A program made the position numbers and the translations under genes. From a virus: a stretch of 64,000 nt of DNA. Of the stretch, positions 63,623-64,000 are shown piece after piece. The notes below the pieces were generated by a model. The model was not told where the DNA came from. It did no database searches and saw only the letters and a program-made list of their open reading frames with translations. Each line of letters begins with the position of its first letter. Position 1 is the first letter of the stretch. Location: IMG/VR virus record IMGVR_UViG_3300017917_000095, positions 20,898-84,897 of that record, one strand, 5' to 3'.

Positions 63623-64000
63623 ATGAGCCACAAACATCATATTATTCCTAAACACGCAGGCGGAACAGACGATCCAAGCAATCTTGTAGAATTGTCTGTT
63701 GATGACCACGCAGAAGCACATCGCAAGTTATATGAAGAATATGGCCGTTGGCAAGATTATGTTGCGTGGCAGGGTTTAGCGAAGTTAAGTCCAAAAGAAG
63801 AATTAGTAAGAATAAGACAACGAGAAGCGGGAAAGTTGCGTCATCAACTACACCCAAACCCATTCACAGGTATTCGCACTGAACACAATTTTGCCGTGAA
63901 TGAAGAACATCAAAAGAAGGTATGTGCTTTGGCCAATAGTGAATCCGCAATGGAAAAGCGTAAGAAGACCTTTGCTGAAAGACAGCACCAACAGAAAGAA
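63623..64000 (+). CDS. HNH (homing-type) endonuclease, truncated by the window edge (not in the ORF track)
   Basis: MSHKHHIIPKHAGGTDDPSNLVELSVDDHAEAHRKLYEEYG: HHIIP..GG.D...NL..L...H...H motif; frame stays open to 64000. Confidence 0.8.
   Translation, partial: MSHKHHIIPKHAGGTDDPSNLVELSVDDHAEAHRKLYEEYGRWQDYVAWQGLAKLSPKEELVRIRQREAGKLRHQLHPNPFTGIRTEHNFAVNEEHQKKVCALANSESAMEKRKKTFAERQHQQKE

Noticed and set aside
2492-63863. Minus-strand and nested short ORFs in the ORF track
   Set aside because: They overlap long plus-strand genes with clear motifs and show no recognisable features; shadow ORFs
1-64000. Stop-codon reassignment as seen in some large phages
   Set aside because: Standard code gives near-complete coding coverage with very long ORFs and tight stop/start overlaps

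Overview
A 64 kb, entirely plus-strand, densely packed segment of a large T4-like/jumbo-type myophage genome (standard genetic code, T4-late-type (T/G/C)ATAAATA motifs in intergenic gaps). 1-26.1 kb is a virion module: end of a probable gp25-like gene, a gp6-like baseplate wedge protein, a 6529-aa Thr/Ser-rich multi-repeat baseplate/fibre protein and several tail-fibre-type proteins. 26.2-62.9 kb is a ~37 kb, largely translationally coupled glycan/modification cluster. It has three GT-A-type glycosyltransferase-like genes, seven copies of an unannotated domain with GT10 (alpha-1,3-fucosyltransferase)-like motifs, five twitch/SPASM radical SAM enzymes and two B12-binding radical SAM enzymes. 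It also has a GDP-mannose 3,5-epimerase-like SDR, an NDP-sugar dehydrogenase/GT/methyltransferase triple fusion, a minimal DegT aminotransferase, an amidinotransferase, a 2OG-Fe(II)/cupin fusion, two SGNH-like proteins, a NodU/CmcH carbamoyltransferase and a 2313-aa protein built of ~23 Trp/Pro-rich repeats that look derived from the glycosyltransferase fold. After 62.86 kb a consensus sigma70 promoter starts small membrane/lipoprotein genes and an HNH endonuclease. The best candidate for an undescribed system is this phage-encoded, late-expressed pathway for a heavily tailored (amino/guanidino, carbamoyl, methyl, uronic) glycan, most plausibly attached to the virion. All calls are from motif recognition by eye; no database searches were run.
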